Assembly: GCA_963664405.1 (NCBI GenBank)
Contig: OY761158.1
Coordinates: forward strand, 2,272,001 to 2,336,000
Direction: 5' to 3'
Source of the DNA: Thermoanaerobaculia bacterium
GTDB lineage: Bacteria; Acidobacteriota; Thermoanaerobaculia; Multivoradales; Multivoraceae
Length of the DNA: 64,000 nt
Shown: positions 49,448 to 59,299 of the stretch, one piece after another
Numbering within the stretch: position 1 is the stretch's first letter
How the letters are laid out: every line of letters begins with the position of its first letter
Translations under genes and position numbers: made by a program
The notes under the pieces: generated by a model
Told to the model about the DNA's origin: nothing
The model's input: only the letters and a program-made list of their open reading frames with translations
The model's database searches: none

Positions 49448-51844
49448 TCATAGTGCGAGATCGACTCGCTCCACTCGTGAGCTGCCCGCTTGCTTGCTCA
49501 CCTCGAATCGAACCGGGATCCTCTCCGCCAGGTCCCGCATGTGGGTAACGAGCCCAACCATGTGCCCGCGGGCTCCGAGCTCTTCGATCGCGGCAGCTAC
49601 GGTATCCAGGGTGTCCGCATCGAGCGTACCGAAGCCCTCGTCGAGAAAGATCGCATCGAGCCGCGCGGCACCTCTGGCGGCTAGCTGCGAGACATGCTCC
49701 GCCAGGGCGAGAGCCAGCGAGAGGGAAGCGAGAAAGGTCTCGCCCCCTGACAGTGTGCGCGCGAGACGAGTCTCGTCGGCGTTGGCATGGTCCACGACGA
49801 GGAACTGGCTCGACTTTTTGTCGAGCGCCAGCGAGTACTGACCCGAAGACAGTTCGAGAAGGAGCTGGGAGGCACCGCTGATCAGTCCCTGCATCGCGCG
49901 ACCCAGAATCCATCCTTCGAAGCGTCGAGCCCCCAGGTGTTTGGCGAGACTCTTCGCGACCTTCGACTCCACATCGTAGAGCTTGGTCTCCTCACCAAGG
50001 CGCTCGACTTCGTCGATCTCCTCTTCTAGTCGCTCCTTGACCTGCCGGGCGGCAGCCAGCGCAGCAGCGCAGGCCTCATGCGGAGACTCATCCCCTCGCT
50101 CCAGCCCCGCGGTCTCGCCGGCATCGACAATCTTTCGCTCCAAGGCACTCCGACTCTGCTCGAGCTCGCGCGCCCTTTCTCGATGCCTTTCGGCCTCGAG
50201 CCGATGGCGCGGGAGCTCGGCCGCGGCCCAGCTCATCAACGTGGTCCAAGCGCCGGCGAGATCGCTGCGGGGAACCTGCGGGGGCCCGAGCGGCGTGAGC
50301 GGATCGCGGGCATCCTGAAGCCTCCGCCACTCCTCTTCACGCTTCTCTTCCAACGCCGCGAGATGGTCTCCGGCGTCGGTGTAGGCGGCCACTGCATCGT
50401 GCTCGATCTTCTCGGCTCTGCTCTTGCCGGCATCGGCCTGCTCGATCTCGCGAAGCATGGAATCGAGCTCCGCAGCGGGCTCTGCCTTCGACAGCAGTTC
50501 ATCGCTCTCGAGCAGGCGGCGACCGCGATCTTCGACCAAGGCATCGATCGCCGCTGCGGCATCGCGCGCCTGACGCAGCCGCACTTCAGAAGCCTGGAGC
50601 TCACTCTTCACTCTTTCCGCCTCTGTTTGAGCTCGGTCGAGATCCACCGGCCCGACCCGATGAGGGAGGCTCTCGACCTCGGCCCCGCACACCGGACAGA
50701 CATCCCCCACCACGAGATCTCCCTGGACCGCCGCCGCGAGGTCCGCCTGCCCGATCTTGCGCACCTCCTCGCGGGCGTCTGCCAACGCGGCCCTCTTTTC
50801 CGCGACTTCCGCAGCCCTGTCCTTCTCCTCGTCGTTCGCCAAGACGAGATCCCGTTTCGACTTCTCGACCTCCTCAGACAAGCGGCCGCGAGCCTCGTAG
50901 AGGTCGAGGGCGGAACGGGTCGCAGCTATCTCGGGCAGGCGGCCACGCCTCGTCGTCGCCACCTCGACCGCCTTGCGAGCCTTCTCCAAGGCGGCGCGCG
51001 CACGCCCCTCCTCGACCCCACCTCTTTCGACCCTCGCTGCCAGCTCGAGCGCCTCGGCGGGCGCCTCCAACTCTTCCAGCAGTGCCGCCCGGGTGTGGGC
51101 GGCCTGAGCCTCTTCGGCTGCCAAGGAGCCTTGTCGCGCCAGCTTGTCCAGAAGTGGAGTCGCAGCTTCGATCTCGCTACGAAGTGCATCGAGCTCGGCG
51201 ATTCGGACCTTCGCGGCTCCGAGGGCGGCGGGAGTCGCCCCTGCCAATTCCTGCTCGAGACGCTGCCGCCGCCAGTCGGCTTGCGTCGCCGCCGACTTGG
51301 ACCGCGCATTCGCCGCCTGAGACATACGACGATAGAGGTCGAGGTCGAGAAGCTCCACCAGCAAGTCCTGCCTCGCCTTTGGCTTGTCCCGGAGAAAGCG
51401 CGCGAACTCACCCTGAGGTAAGACCACGCACTTGGTGAAGTGCTCAAAAGGAAGGCCAATCAGCTCTTCGACCCTTGCGCTGAGATCTTCCGCATTGGCC
51501 GCCAGGACCTCTTCACCACGCAACAGTCGGGCCTCGCGTGTGGTCGCACCCCCTGAAGCGGTTTTTCGCACCACTCGAACCGCGGTATAGAGCTCCTCCC
51601 CCAAGCTGAAGTCGAGTCTGACTCGCGCCTCCTGGCGCCCCTGGGATATCGCCGGGGCAACCAGTCGGCGGTCGTCGTAGCGCGGCACCGCCCCGTAGAG
51701 AGCAAAGGTGAGGGCGTCAATGAGACTCGACTTTCCGGCACCGGTGGGGCCGGTAAAGACGAACAGGTCGGCGCCCTCGAAGTCGACGACGGTCCTCTCG
51801 CGGAAGGAGGCGAAGCCCTCGAGCTCGAGGCGCCTAGGCCTCAT
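49448..51844 (-). CDS. sbcC: SbcC (Rad50-like) SMC ATPase
   Basis: GPTGAGKS, LPQGEF, CPVCG hook, LSGGE and DEGFGTLD motifs. Confidence 0.9.
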   Translation of the reverse strand: MRPRRLELEGFASFRERTVVDFEGADLFVFTGPTGAGKSSLIDALTFALYGAVPRYDDRRLVAPAISQGRQEARVRLDFSLGEELYTAVRVVRKTASGGATTREARLLRGEEVLAANAEDLSARVEELIGLPFEHFTKCVVLPQGEFARFLRDKPKARQDLLVELLDLDLYRRMSQAANARSKSAATQADWRRQRLEQELAGATPAALGAAKVRIAELDALRSEIEAATPLLDKLARQGSLAAEEAQAAHTRAALLEELEAPAEALELAARVERGGVEEGRARAALEKARKAVEVATTRRGRLPEIAATRSALDLYEARGRLSEEVEKSKRDLVLANDEEKDRAAEVAEKRAALADAREEVRKIGQADLAAAVQGDLVVGDVCPVCGAEVESLPHRVGPVDLDRAQTEAERVKSELQASEVRLRQARDAAAAIDALVEDRGRRLLESDELLSKAEPAAELDSMLREIEQADAGKSRAEKIEHDAVAAYTDAGDHLAALEEKREEEWRRLQDARDPLTPLGPPQVPRSDLAGAWTTLMSWAAAELPRHRLEAERHRERARELEQSRSALERKIVDAGETAGLERGDESPHEACAAALAAARQVKERLEEEIDEVERLGEETKLYDVESKVAKSLAKHLGARRFEGWILGRAMQGLISGASQLLLELSSGQYSLALDKKSSQFLVVDHANADETRLARTLSGGETFLASLSLALALAEHVSQLAARGAARLDAIFLDEGFGTLDADTLDTVAAAIEELGARGHMVGLVTHMRDLAERIPVRFEVSKQAGSSRVERVDLAL

Positions 51845-52991
51845 AAGATTCCTCCAAGAGCTCGCTAAAGAGAGCGACCAAGCTGTCGTCACCGACCCCG
51901 ACGTCCTTCAAGTACTCCTCGAAGATCTCGCGAGGCCTCAGCTCTAAACGTTCCAAGGTGTGGTCGGCGTCGACAAGGGGCTCTGTGGACTGCGCGACGC
52001 GAACATCGACCGCATTCGGGAAAAGCGCACGAACCTCTTCACCGAGGCCGGGATGCGGCGGCGCGTCGACGAAGATGCGCAAGTACTCCGCCCCCGACTG
52101 CGAGGTCTCCTCCTCGAGCCGGCCCAGATCTCCGCGCAATGTGCGTAGCCGCCGCCCTGAGCGCAGCGGAATCGGTCGTACTTTGGCGGGCACCCCAGTC
52201 TCCACTTCCACCAACAGGACTCCACACTCATACTCGCCCTCGCCGAAGTCGAGTTGGAGCGGAGAGCCGCAATACCAGGCCGATACCTGCGCTGACAGCG
52301 GCTGCATGCGATGAACGTGTCCGAGGGCCACGTAGTCCAGTGCCGGGTGAGTGAAGGCGACGGCCGGGACACAGTAATCGCCCGAGATATGAGCCTCTCT
52401 TTCGCCGCCTCCGGCAGCCGCCCCGCTAACCATCAGATGGGCGACCAGCAGATTCACCGCGCTGTCATCGAAGCCTTCACACAAATGAGCGACGAGCTCC
52501 GCCGAGCGATCCGCGTAGGCGAGGCCATGCTGGGCTCGGCTGTCTCTCATCAGCTCGTCAGCGCGAACGATCTTCTGCTGCGACAAGAAGGGAAAGAGAG
52601 CGACCCTCACTCGTTGGCCGCCCGCGGCCTCTAGAGTGACGACACCCCCATCTTCCGGGCCCTCGAGAAAAGCTCCGGTGTACACCCGACGAGTACGATC
52701 CAGCAGCGGCTTTACGGCTGCAAGTCGGCGCGGGTTGTCGTGGTTTCCTGCAATCAGAACGACGGGCGCACCGCTGTCGGCCAAATCGAGGAGGGCGCCG
52801 TAGACGATCTCTTCGGCTTCTGGCGAGGGAGCCGCGACATCAAAGAGATCGCCGGCGACAAGAATGAGGTCTACCTTCTCGCGGTTGGCGATGTCGACGA
52901 TCTCCCCCAACACCAGCCGATGCTCGTCGGCACGACTGCGTCCACGGATTGCCCGCCCAACATGCCAATCAGCTGTGTGGAGAATCTTCAT
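51834..52991 (-). CDS. sbcD: SbcD (Mre11-like) nuclease
   Basis: HTADWH, AGDLFD, GNHD and ALGHVH motifs. Confidence 0.9.
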   Translation of the reverse strand: MKILHTADWHVGRAIRGRSRADEHRLVLGEIVDIANREKVDLILVAGDLFDVAAPSPEAEEIVYGALLDLADSGAPVVLIAGNHDNPRRLAAVKPLLDRTRRVYTGAFLEGPEDGGVVTLEAAGGQRVRVALFPFLSQQKIVRADELMRDSRAQHGLAYADRSAELVAHLCEGFDDSAVNLLVAHLMVSGAAAGGGEREAHISGDYCVPAVAFTHPALDYVALGHVHRMQPLSAQVSAWYCGSPLQLDFGEGEYECGVLLVEVETGVPAKVRPIPLRSGRRLRTLRGDLGRLEEETSQSGAEYLRIFVDAPPHPGLGEEVRALFPNAVDVRVAQSTEPLVDADHTLERLELRPREIFEEYLKDVGVGDDSLVALFSELLEESYEA

Positions 52992-53077
52992 CAGGACCCG
53001 ACCTGGATGCTACTACCACCCTTGCGCCGACGGAGTGCCGTAGAATCGGTGACCTTCCATAGAAAACGGACTTGCTG

Positions 53078-54679
53078 ATGATCACAGAAAGCTATGTGCC
53101 GGCCGACACCGACTCACCGGTGCTCGCAACGACGGTTGGATCCGTGCTTCGCCATTCGGCTTCCGACACACCGGACGGCCTGGCTCTCGTCGAAGGCGTC
53201 GCAGATCCTCAGGCCCGGCGACGCTGGACCTTCAGCGAGCTCCTCAGCGACTCGGAAGAGGTGGCTCGCGCCCTCGTGGGTCGCTTCGACAAAGGAGAGC
53301 GAGTAGCGGTGTGGGCCCCCAACCTCCCGGAGTGGGTGCTGCTGGAGTTCGGGGCCGGGCTCGCCGGTGTCGTTCTGGTGACGGTGAACCCGGCATACCA
53401 GCCCCAAGAGCTGGCCTACGTGCTGCGACAGTCCAAGGCCTCTGGCATCTTCTACCTGCCGAGCTCTCGCGGCAACCCGATGGAGGCCTCTCTTCGAGAA
53501 GTCGCCCCGGAGCTTCCGCATCTTCGTGAGTCGATCTCGTTCGACGAGTGGTCCGCGTTCCTCGACTCGGGTGACCCCAACGCTCAGCTGCCCGAAGTGT
53601 CCCCGGACGACCCGGTCCAGATCCAGTACACCTCCGGTACGACCGGGTTCCCGAAGGGGGCGCTTCTTCACCACCGCGGAATCACCAACAACGCACGCTT
53701 CACGGCCGAGCGCCTCCAACTCAAAAAAGGGGGCTGCTACGTCAACCCGATGCCGCTCTTCCACACCGGCGGATGCGTGCTCGGTGTTCTCGGCCCGGCG
53801 CAGCTGCAGGCCGCTCACATATGCCTACACCAGTTCGATCCGGGTCTGATGCTCGAGCTCTGCGAGGTCGAGAAGGCAACGCACATGCTCGGAGTCCCCA
53901 CCATGCTCATCGCCGTGATGGAGCATCCCGACTTCGGCACGCGCGATCTGCACCGGCTGACTACCGTCTCCTCCGGCGGGGCCACCGTGCCCGCCGAGCT
54001 GGTGAGACGCATCGAAGAAACGCTGCACGTTCAGTTCTCGATCGTCTACGGCCAGACCGAGGCATCGCCATGCATCACGGTGATGAAGCCGGACGACGAC
54101 CCTCACGACAAGGCGACGACTCTCGGCCCCGCGCTCCCCCAGACCGAGATCAAAGTTGTCGACCCCGAGACCGGCGCCACGGTGCCGATCGGCTCTTCCG
54201 GTGAGCTCTGCACTCGTGGGTATCTGGTCATGCTCGGATACTTCGAGATGCCGGAGAAGACGGAAGAGACCATCGACGAGGATGGATGGCTGCACACCGG
54301 GGATCTGGTCACCATGGACGAGCGCGGCTATACCACCATCACCGGTCGTCTCAAGGACATGATCATCCGTGGCGGAGAGAACATCTATCCACGTGAGATC
54401 GAAGAGGTGCTCTTCGAGCACCCCAAGGTGGCTGACGTCGCCATCGTCGGACTTCCCGACGAGAAGTGGGGTGAGATCGTCGGGGCATTTGTCCGAGATG
54501 CGAGCCCGGATGAGCCCGCCAGTGATCTAGAGCTGCATGACTATCTGCGCGAGCGCCTGGCGCCGCAAAAGACTCCCCGCGTTTGGTATCACCTCGACGA
54601 GTTTCCGCTGACCCCTTCGGGCAAGGTACAGAAGTTCGTTCTCCGAGAGAACTGGGAAAGCGGCGTCTACGAAGACTGA
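53078..54679 (+). CDS. acyl-CoA synthetase (AMP-forming)
   Basis: YTSGTTGFPKG, YGQTE, WLHTGD and GRLKDMIIRGGEN motifs. Confidence 0.95.
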   Translation: MITESYVPADTDSPVLATTVGSVLRHSASDTPDGLALVEGVADPQARRRWTFSELLSDSEEVARALVGRFDKGERVAVWAPNLPEWVLLEFGAGLAGVVLVTVNPAYQPQELAYVLRQSKASGIFYLPSSRGNPMEASLREVAPELPHLRESISFDEWSAFLDSGDPNAQLPEVSPDDPVQIQYTSGTTGFPKGALLHHRGITNNARFTAERLQLKKGGCYVNPMPLFHTGGCVLGVLGPAQLQAAHICLHQFDPGLMLELCEVEKATHMLGVPTMLIAVMEHPDFGTRDLHRLTTVSSGGATVPAELVRRIEETLHVQFSIVYGQTEASPCITVMKPDDDPHDKATTLGPALPQTEIKVVDPETGATVPIGSSGELCTRGYLVMLGYFEMPEKTEETIDEDGWLHTGDLVTMDERGYTTITGRLKDMIIRGGENIYPREIEEVLFEHPKVADVAIVGLPDEKWGEIVGAFVRDASPDEPASDLELHDYLRERLAPQKTPRVWYHLDEFPLTPSGKVQKFVLRENWESGVYED

Positions 54680-54685
54680 GCCAGG

Positions 54686-56437
54686 ATGCAAAGGTCACGA
54701 GTGCACAAACTCCTCGACAGCGAGAAGAATCGATACACCCTCTACGGCGCTCTCTTTGGGCTCCTCTTTCCACTCGCGGCGACTTCGTTCGAGGCGGTGA
54801 GTAGCCTCGGCTCGTTCTCACTCGAGAACGCGATTGCGGTTCAATCTCAGAACGCCCTACTCTGGATCATCGACTCGGCCCCCATCTTCCTCGGTTTGTT
54901 TGCTCGTTGGATCGGTATCCGCCAGGACCGGTTGGCGCAGCAGGGAGAGATACTGAGAGGCCAGAACAAACTCTTGGTGCAGGCTGGGGAGCAGGCCACT
55001 TCTCAGCTCGGGCAACTCTGGGACAACTCGGAGGACGAGCTCTATCTCTTCCTCCCCGACACCCTGCAGATCGAACAGATAAACCAACGAGCCTTGCAAA
55101 ACCACGGGCACCCGCGAGAAGAGATGCTGCAGCGAACCCTCTTTGACCTGGCGACCGGAACCGAAAGAGAGACGCTGGAGAGCTGGCTCTCCCCCCTCCG
55201 CTACGGCGAGCAGAAACAGGTGACTTTCAAAGAGATCCATCGCCGCAAAGACGGGTCGGAATATCCGGTGGAGATGAGAGTGCAGCACTACTCAGCCGGA
55301 TCTCAACCGGTTCTGTTGGGTATGGCCCACGACATCGCCGACCGAGAACGCGAGCATCAGCGGCTCGTAGCGGAGCGACAAAAGTTGCTCGACATGTTGG
55401 AAAACCTGCCTCTTGCCTTCCACCTACAAGCGCCGGACTACAGTGTCCCCTACGCAAACAAGCTCTTTCGCGAACGCTTTCGCGCGCCAGAGAACATCCC
55501 CTGCTACTCCCTCATGCATCAGCGCGATGAGCCCTGCGAAGTCTGCTCCACCTTCCGAGTCTTCGATGGCGAGGAGAGAGTCACTTCCGAGTGGAACGCA
55601 CTGGACGGGCGGACCTACCTCACTGTGTGCACGCCCTACACCGAAATCGACGGCTCTCCATTGGTCATGGAGATGGCAATGGACATCACCGATCAGGAGA
55701 TCGCCAAGCAGCAAGCTCTGGTTGCGAGAGACCAGGCCGAAAAGGCGAACCGGGCCAAATCCGAGTTCTTGTCTCGAATGAGCCATGAACTGCGCACTCC
55801 TATGAACGCCATTCTGGGTTTCGGCCAGCTCTTGCAGATCGAAGGAGATCTCGACTCTTCTCAGAAGAAGAGGGTCGACTACATCATGACCGCCGGACAC
55901 CAGCTTCTAGAGCTCATCGACGAAGTGCTCGACCTGGCTCACGTCGATTCAGGGAAGTTGAAGCTCTCCTTGGAGGCGGTCGAGCTTGGTGGCCTGGTCG
56001 AGGAGCTGGTCTCGTTGATGCAGCCACTCGCCGACCAGAGAGAGCTCGAGCTCAGTCGCAGCGGGCCGTCGATACCGATGCACGCGTTGGTTGACCGCGG
56101 CCGGCTTCGACAAGTACTACTCAACCTCCTATCCAACGCGGTCAAATACAACAGGGAGGGAGGCAAGATCGACATTTCTTACGGGCGCAACGGAAGCAGG
56201 CGGCTCTGGGTCCAGGTAGAGGACTCGGGCATCGGCCTATCCGAGGAGCAGATGCTGGGGCTGTTCGAGCCATTCAGCCGGGTCGCAACCGATGCCGTGA
56301 AGGTGCAAGGAACCGGTATCGGGCTGTCGATCTCCAAGCAGCTCGTAGAGGAGATGGACGGGACCATTGCGGTAGACGGCACTCTCGGCTCCGGGTCTCG
56401 CTTCAGAGTCGAGCTTCCCGAAGCGCAGGCGCCTTGA
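54686..56437 (+). CDS. membrane PAS-domain sensor histidine kinase
   Basis: Two TM segments, PAS domain, SHELRTPMN, NLLSNAVKY, DSGIG and GTGIGL motifs. Confidence 0.9.
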   Translation: MQRSRVHKLLDSEKNRYTLYGALFGLLFPLAATSFEAVSSLGSFSLENAIAVQSQNALLWIIDSAPIFLGLFARWIGIRQDRLAQQGEILRGQNKLLVQAGEQATSQLGQLWDNSEDELYLFLPDTLQIEQINQRALQNHGHPREEMLQRTLFDLATGTERETLESWLSPLRYGEQKQVTFKEIHRRKDGSEYPVEMRVQHYSAGSQPVLLGMAHDIADREREHQRLVAERQKLLDMLENLPLAFHLQAPDYSVPYANKLFRERFRAPENIPCYSLMHQRDEPCEVCSTFRVFDGEERVTSEWNALDGRTYLTVCTPYTEIDGSPLVMEMAMDITDQEIAKQQALVARDQAEKANRAKSEFLSRMSHELRTPMNAILGFGQLLQIEGDLDSSQKKRVDYIMTAGHQLLELIDEVLDLAHVDSGKLKLSLEAVELGGLVEELVSLMQPLADQRELELSRSGPSIPMHALVDRGRLRQVLLNLLSNAVKYNREGGKIDISYGRNGSRRLWVQVEDSGIGLSEEQMLGLFEPFSRVATDAVKVQGTGIGLSISKQLVEEMDGTIAVDGTLGSGSRFRVELPEAQAP

Positions 56438-56438
56438 G

Positions 56439-57035
56439 ATGGCGCCTACCATTCGCCTTGCCGTCAGCGCGGATGCCGCCGCTCTCCTCGACATCTACGC
56501 CCCGGTTGTTCGATCGACTGCCATCTCATTCGAGGACGAGCCCCCGAGCTCCAAAGAGTTGGCGAAGCGAGTCGAGCGCACCCTCGAGAGCTTCCCCTGG
56601 CTCGTTTGCGAGAACGAATCCAAGATCCACGGCTACGCCTATGCCACCAAGCACCGGAGCCGAGCCGCCTACCGCTGGTGGGTAGAGACCTCCGTATATG
56701 TCGACCCCGAGGTGCGCCGTTCTGGAGTAGGCCAAGGCCTTTACCTCTCTCTCTTCGAAGTGCTCAAACTTCAGGGTTTCGTGGTCGCCCTGGCCGGGAT
56801 CACCTTGCCAAACCCGCCCAGCGTCCATCTGCACGAAGCCGTAGGCTTCGAGCCTCTGGCGGTCTACCACCAGGTCGGCTTCAAGCTCGGCGCCTGGCGT
56901 GACGTAGGCTGGTGGCAGCGCCCCCTGGCGCCGCCGCCGACCTCACCAAGCTCCCCCCTACCGCTGGCCTCCGCGGCCCAGAGCCCCGACTGGTCGAAGA
57001 GCCTCCAAACAGGCCTCGCATCGCTCCACATCTAG
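56439..57035 (+). CDS. GNAT N-acetyltransferase, phosphinothricin acetyltransferase/ArsN1-like
   Basis: TAISFE, RAAYRW.VETSVYV, AGITLPN and GFKLGAWRDVGWWQ motifs. Confidence 0.85.
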   Translation: MAPTIRLAVSADAAALLDIYAPVVRSTAISFEDEPPSSKELAKRVERTLESFPWLVCENESKIHGYAYATKHRSRAAYRWWVETSVYVDPEVRRSGVGQGLYLSLFEVLKLQGFVVALAGITLPNPPSVHLHEAVGFEPLAVYHQVGFKLGAWRDVGWWQRPLAPPPTSPSSPLPLASAAQSPDWSKSLQTGLASLHI

Positions 57036-57057
57036 ACACTCGAGGGTTTTTCCTTTC

Positions 57058-57677
57058 GGCCGTCTGCGGCGCCAGGTCGTCGAAGGCTCGGGGTGGTATT
57101 CACCACTGACCCAACGCGCCGTCCGCGGCGCCATATCGACACAAGCCAGGGGCAGTGGTAGTCACAACTGCCCCAACGCGCCGTCCGCGGCGCCATGTCG
57201 ACATAAGCCAGGGGCGGTGGTATTCACCACTGCCCCAACGCGCCGTCCGCGGCGCCATGTCGACATAAGCCAGGGGCGGTGGTATTCACCACTGCCCCAA
57301 CGCGCCGTCCGCGGCGCCATGTCGACATAAGCCAGGGGCGGTGGTATTCACCACTGCCCCAATGCGCCGTCCGCGGCGCCATGTCGACATAAGCCAGGGG
57401 CGGTGGTATTCACCACTGCCCCAATGCGCCGTCCGCGGCGCCATGTCGACATAAGCCAGGGGCGGTGGTATTCACCACTGCCCCAATGCGCCGTCCGCGG
57501 CGCCATGTCGACATAAGCCAGGGGCGGTGGTATTCACCACTGCCCCAATGCGCCGTCCGCGGCGCCATGTCGACATAAGCCAGGGGCGGTGGTATTCACC
57601 ACTGCCCCAATGCGCCGTCCGCGGCGCCATGTCGACATAAGCCAGGGGCGGTGGTATTCACCACTGCCCCTGGCTTA
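57058..57677. repeat. 62-bp tandem array (9 units plus 1 degenerate), family P variant
   Basis: GCGCCGTCCGCGGCGCCATGTCGACATAAGCCAGGGGCGGTGGTATTCACCACTGCCCCAA(C/T) repeated. Confidence 0.95.
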
Positions 57678-57766
57678 CATCTCTTACAAACTTCTTACCC
57701 TGAGATGTGGACCATGGCGGCACGACGGGTCAGAATCAATACGGGCTCAAACCAGAGGAGGGCGAG

Positions 57767-59167
57767 ATGAGATCAGGAACAAGATCCAGAGTGTCGGCAG
57801 CACGCACAGCGAGCGTCCTTGTGGGAGTCTTCCTCGCTTCGAGCGCCATCATGGGCCAACGGCCTGGAGGCGGTGGTCGCGGCGGAAGACCCGAACCGGG
57901 CCGCGCGGGCTTCGAGCGCACTGCGCCCGACATCGGTGAGTCTCTACCTGACCTCACCCTCTACCAGACCGACGGCAAAGAAGTCCGCCTGCACGAGGTG
58001 TTGAACGGGCGCTACACCGTTCTCATTCTCGGCTGTCTCACCTGACCTCCTTTTCTGAGCAAGGTCTCCCGGGTGGAGACCATCGAGCGCGACTACAGTC
58101 CCCTGGGCGTCCAGTTTCTCTACATCTACAAATCGCTCGCCCACCCCGAGCACAATGGTTATGTGACCCCCTTCAGTCTCGAAGAGCGTCTGATGCATGT
58201 GAAAGAAGCGCAGCGCACTCTGGGGTCCAGAATCCCCTGGCTGTGCGACGGCATGGAGAACGAGCTGATGAAGGCTCTCGGCGGAGTCCCGAATCCGGAG
58301 CTCGTTCTCGATCCCGAAGGCAAGGTCGTCGCCCGCCGTTCCTGGAGCGACCCCGACGCACTGCGTCGGGATCTCGAGAAATTCGTCGGCAAGGTGGAGA
58401 AGCAGACTCGAGTCGCAGATCTCGACATGAAGACCCAGCCCCCTCCGCCGACTGTAGCGAAGGGTGTGGTGCCGAGGGTCGAGCCCGGGCCGATGATTCC
58501 CGTCGTCATCACGCCCGACAGCTCAACCGAAGCACCGTTCTACGTCAAGCTGCGAGCCGAAGTCGATGCGGCTTACCTCCAGACCGGAAAGGGCAAGCTC
58601 TACCTCGGCTTCCATCTCGACCCCCTCTACCGCGTGCACTGGAACAACCAGGTGGCTCCGCTGCGTTTCGACCTCGACCTGCCGAAAGGTCTCACCGTGA
58701 CCCCGAGCTCCGCCAGCGGCCCGACCGTCGAGGCTGACGCGGATGCCGATCCGAGAGAGTTCCTGGTCGACATCGACGGCCGTCCGGGCAATGAGCCTCT
58801 CGGCCTCGACGTTTCCTACTTTGCCTGCGACGACGCTAATACCTTCTGCCTCCGCGTCGATCAGAGCTACTCGGTCGCACTCGTCCGCGACCGCACCGGC
58901 GGCAGTGCCCGCGGTCGCCGCTCGATGCCAGGAAGAGAAGGGCAAACCCGTGGCCGTGGCGGACGAGGGCAAGGCCGCGGCGGAATGACGGAACGCTTCG
59001 ACACCAACGGTGACGGGATGCTCGGATTGGATGAGATGCCCGGCCCGATGAAAGAGCGGGCGGCTCCCTTCGATCTGAACGGAGACGGCCTCCTCTCCGA
59101 GGATGAGCTCAGAAGCATGCGCCAATCGATGCCGGTCGGCGGCGGCCGCGGGCCCCGACGCGGCTGA
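57767..59167 (+). CDS. predicted selenoprotein: deiodinase-like thioredoxin fold (CLTU), DsbD-N-like domain and EF-hands
   Basis: GAGGAG RBS; in-frame TGA at 58043-58045 in GCLT*PPF joins two track ORFs in the same frame; SECIS-like hairpin follows. Confidence 0.85.
58046..58081 (+). promoter_or_regulatory. putative bacterial SECIS element
   Basis: Stem GGTCTCC/GGAGACC (58063-58081) with loop CGGGT, about 25 nt after the UGA. Confidence 0.7.
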
Positions 59168-59299
59168 TCCGCCCTCGTCTCACACCCGCTGGGATCGAGT
59201 GGAGGGAATTCGCTTGCCTGTCGCTATCGCCCAGAAAGACGGAAGATACTGTTGCTTCGCCAAAACGGGCGATCGACTCGGCTTCTTTCCTACCTCCTC

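Noticed and set aside
57058-57677. CRISPR array
   Set aside because: Units are near-identical over their full 62 bp, with no unique spacers and no cas genes in the window
17450-57677. Family P as a CsrA/RsmA sponge (GCGCCG-NGGA-CGGCGC hairpin on one strand)
   Set aside because: The GGA loop is suggestive, but most wobble-compatible mismatches in the partner hairpin favour folding of the opposite strand, and there is no independent support
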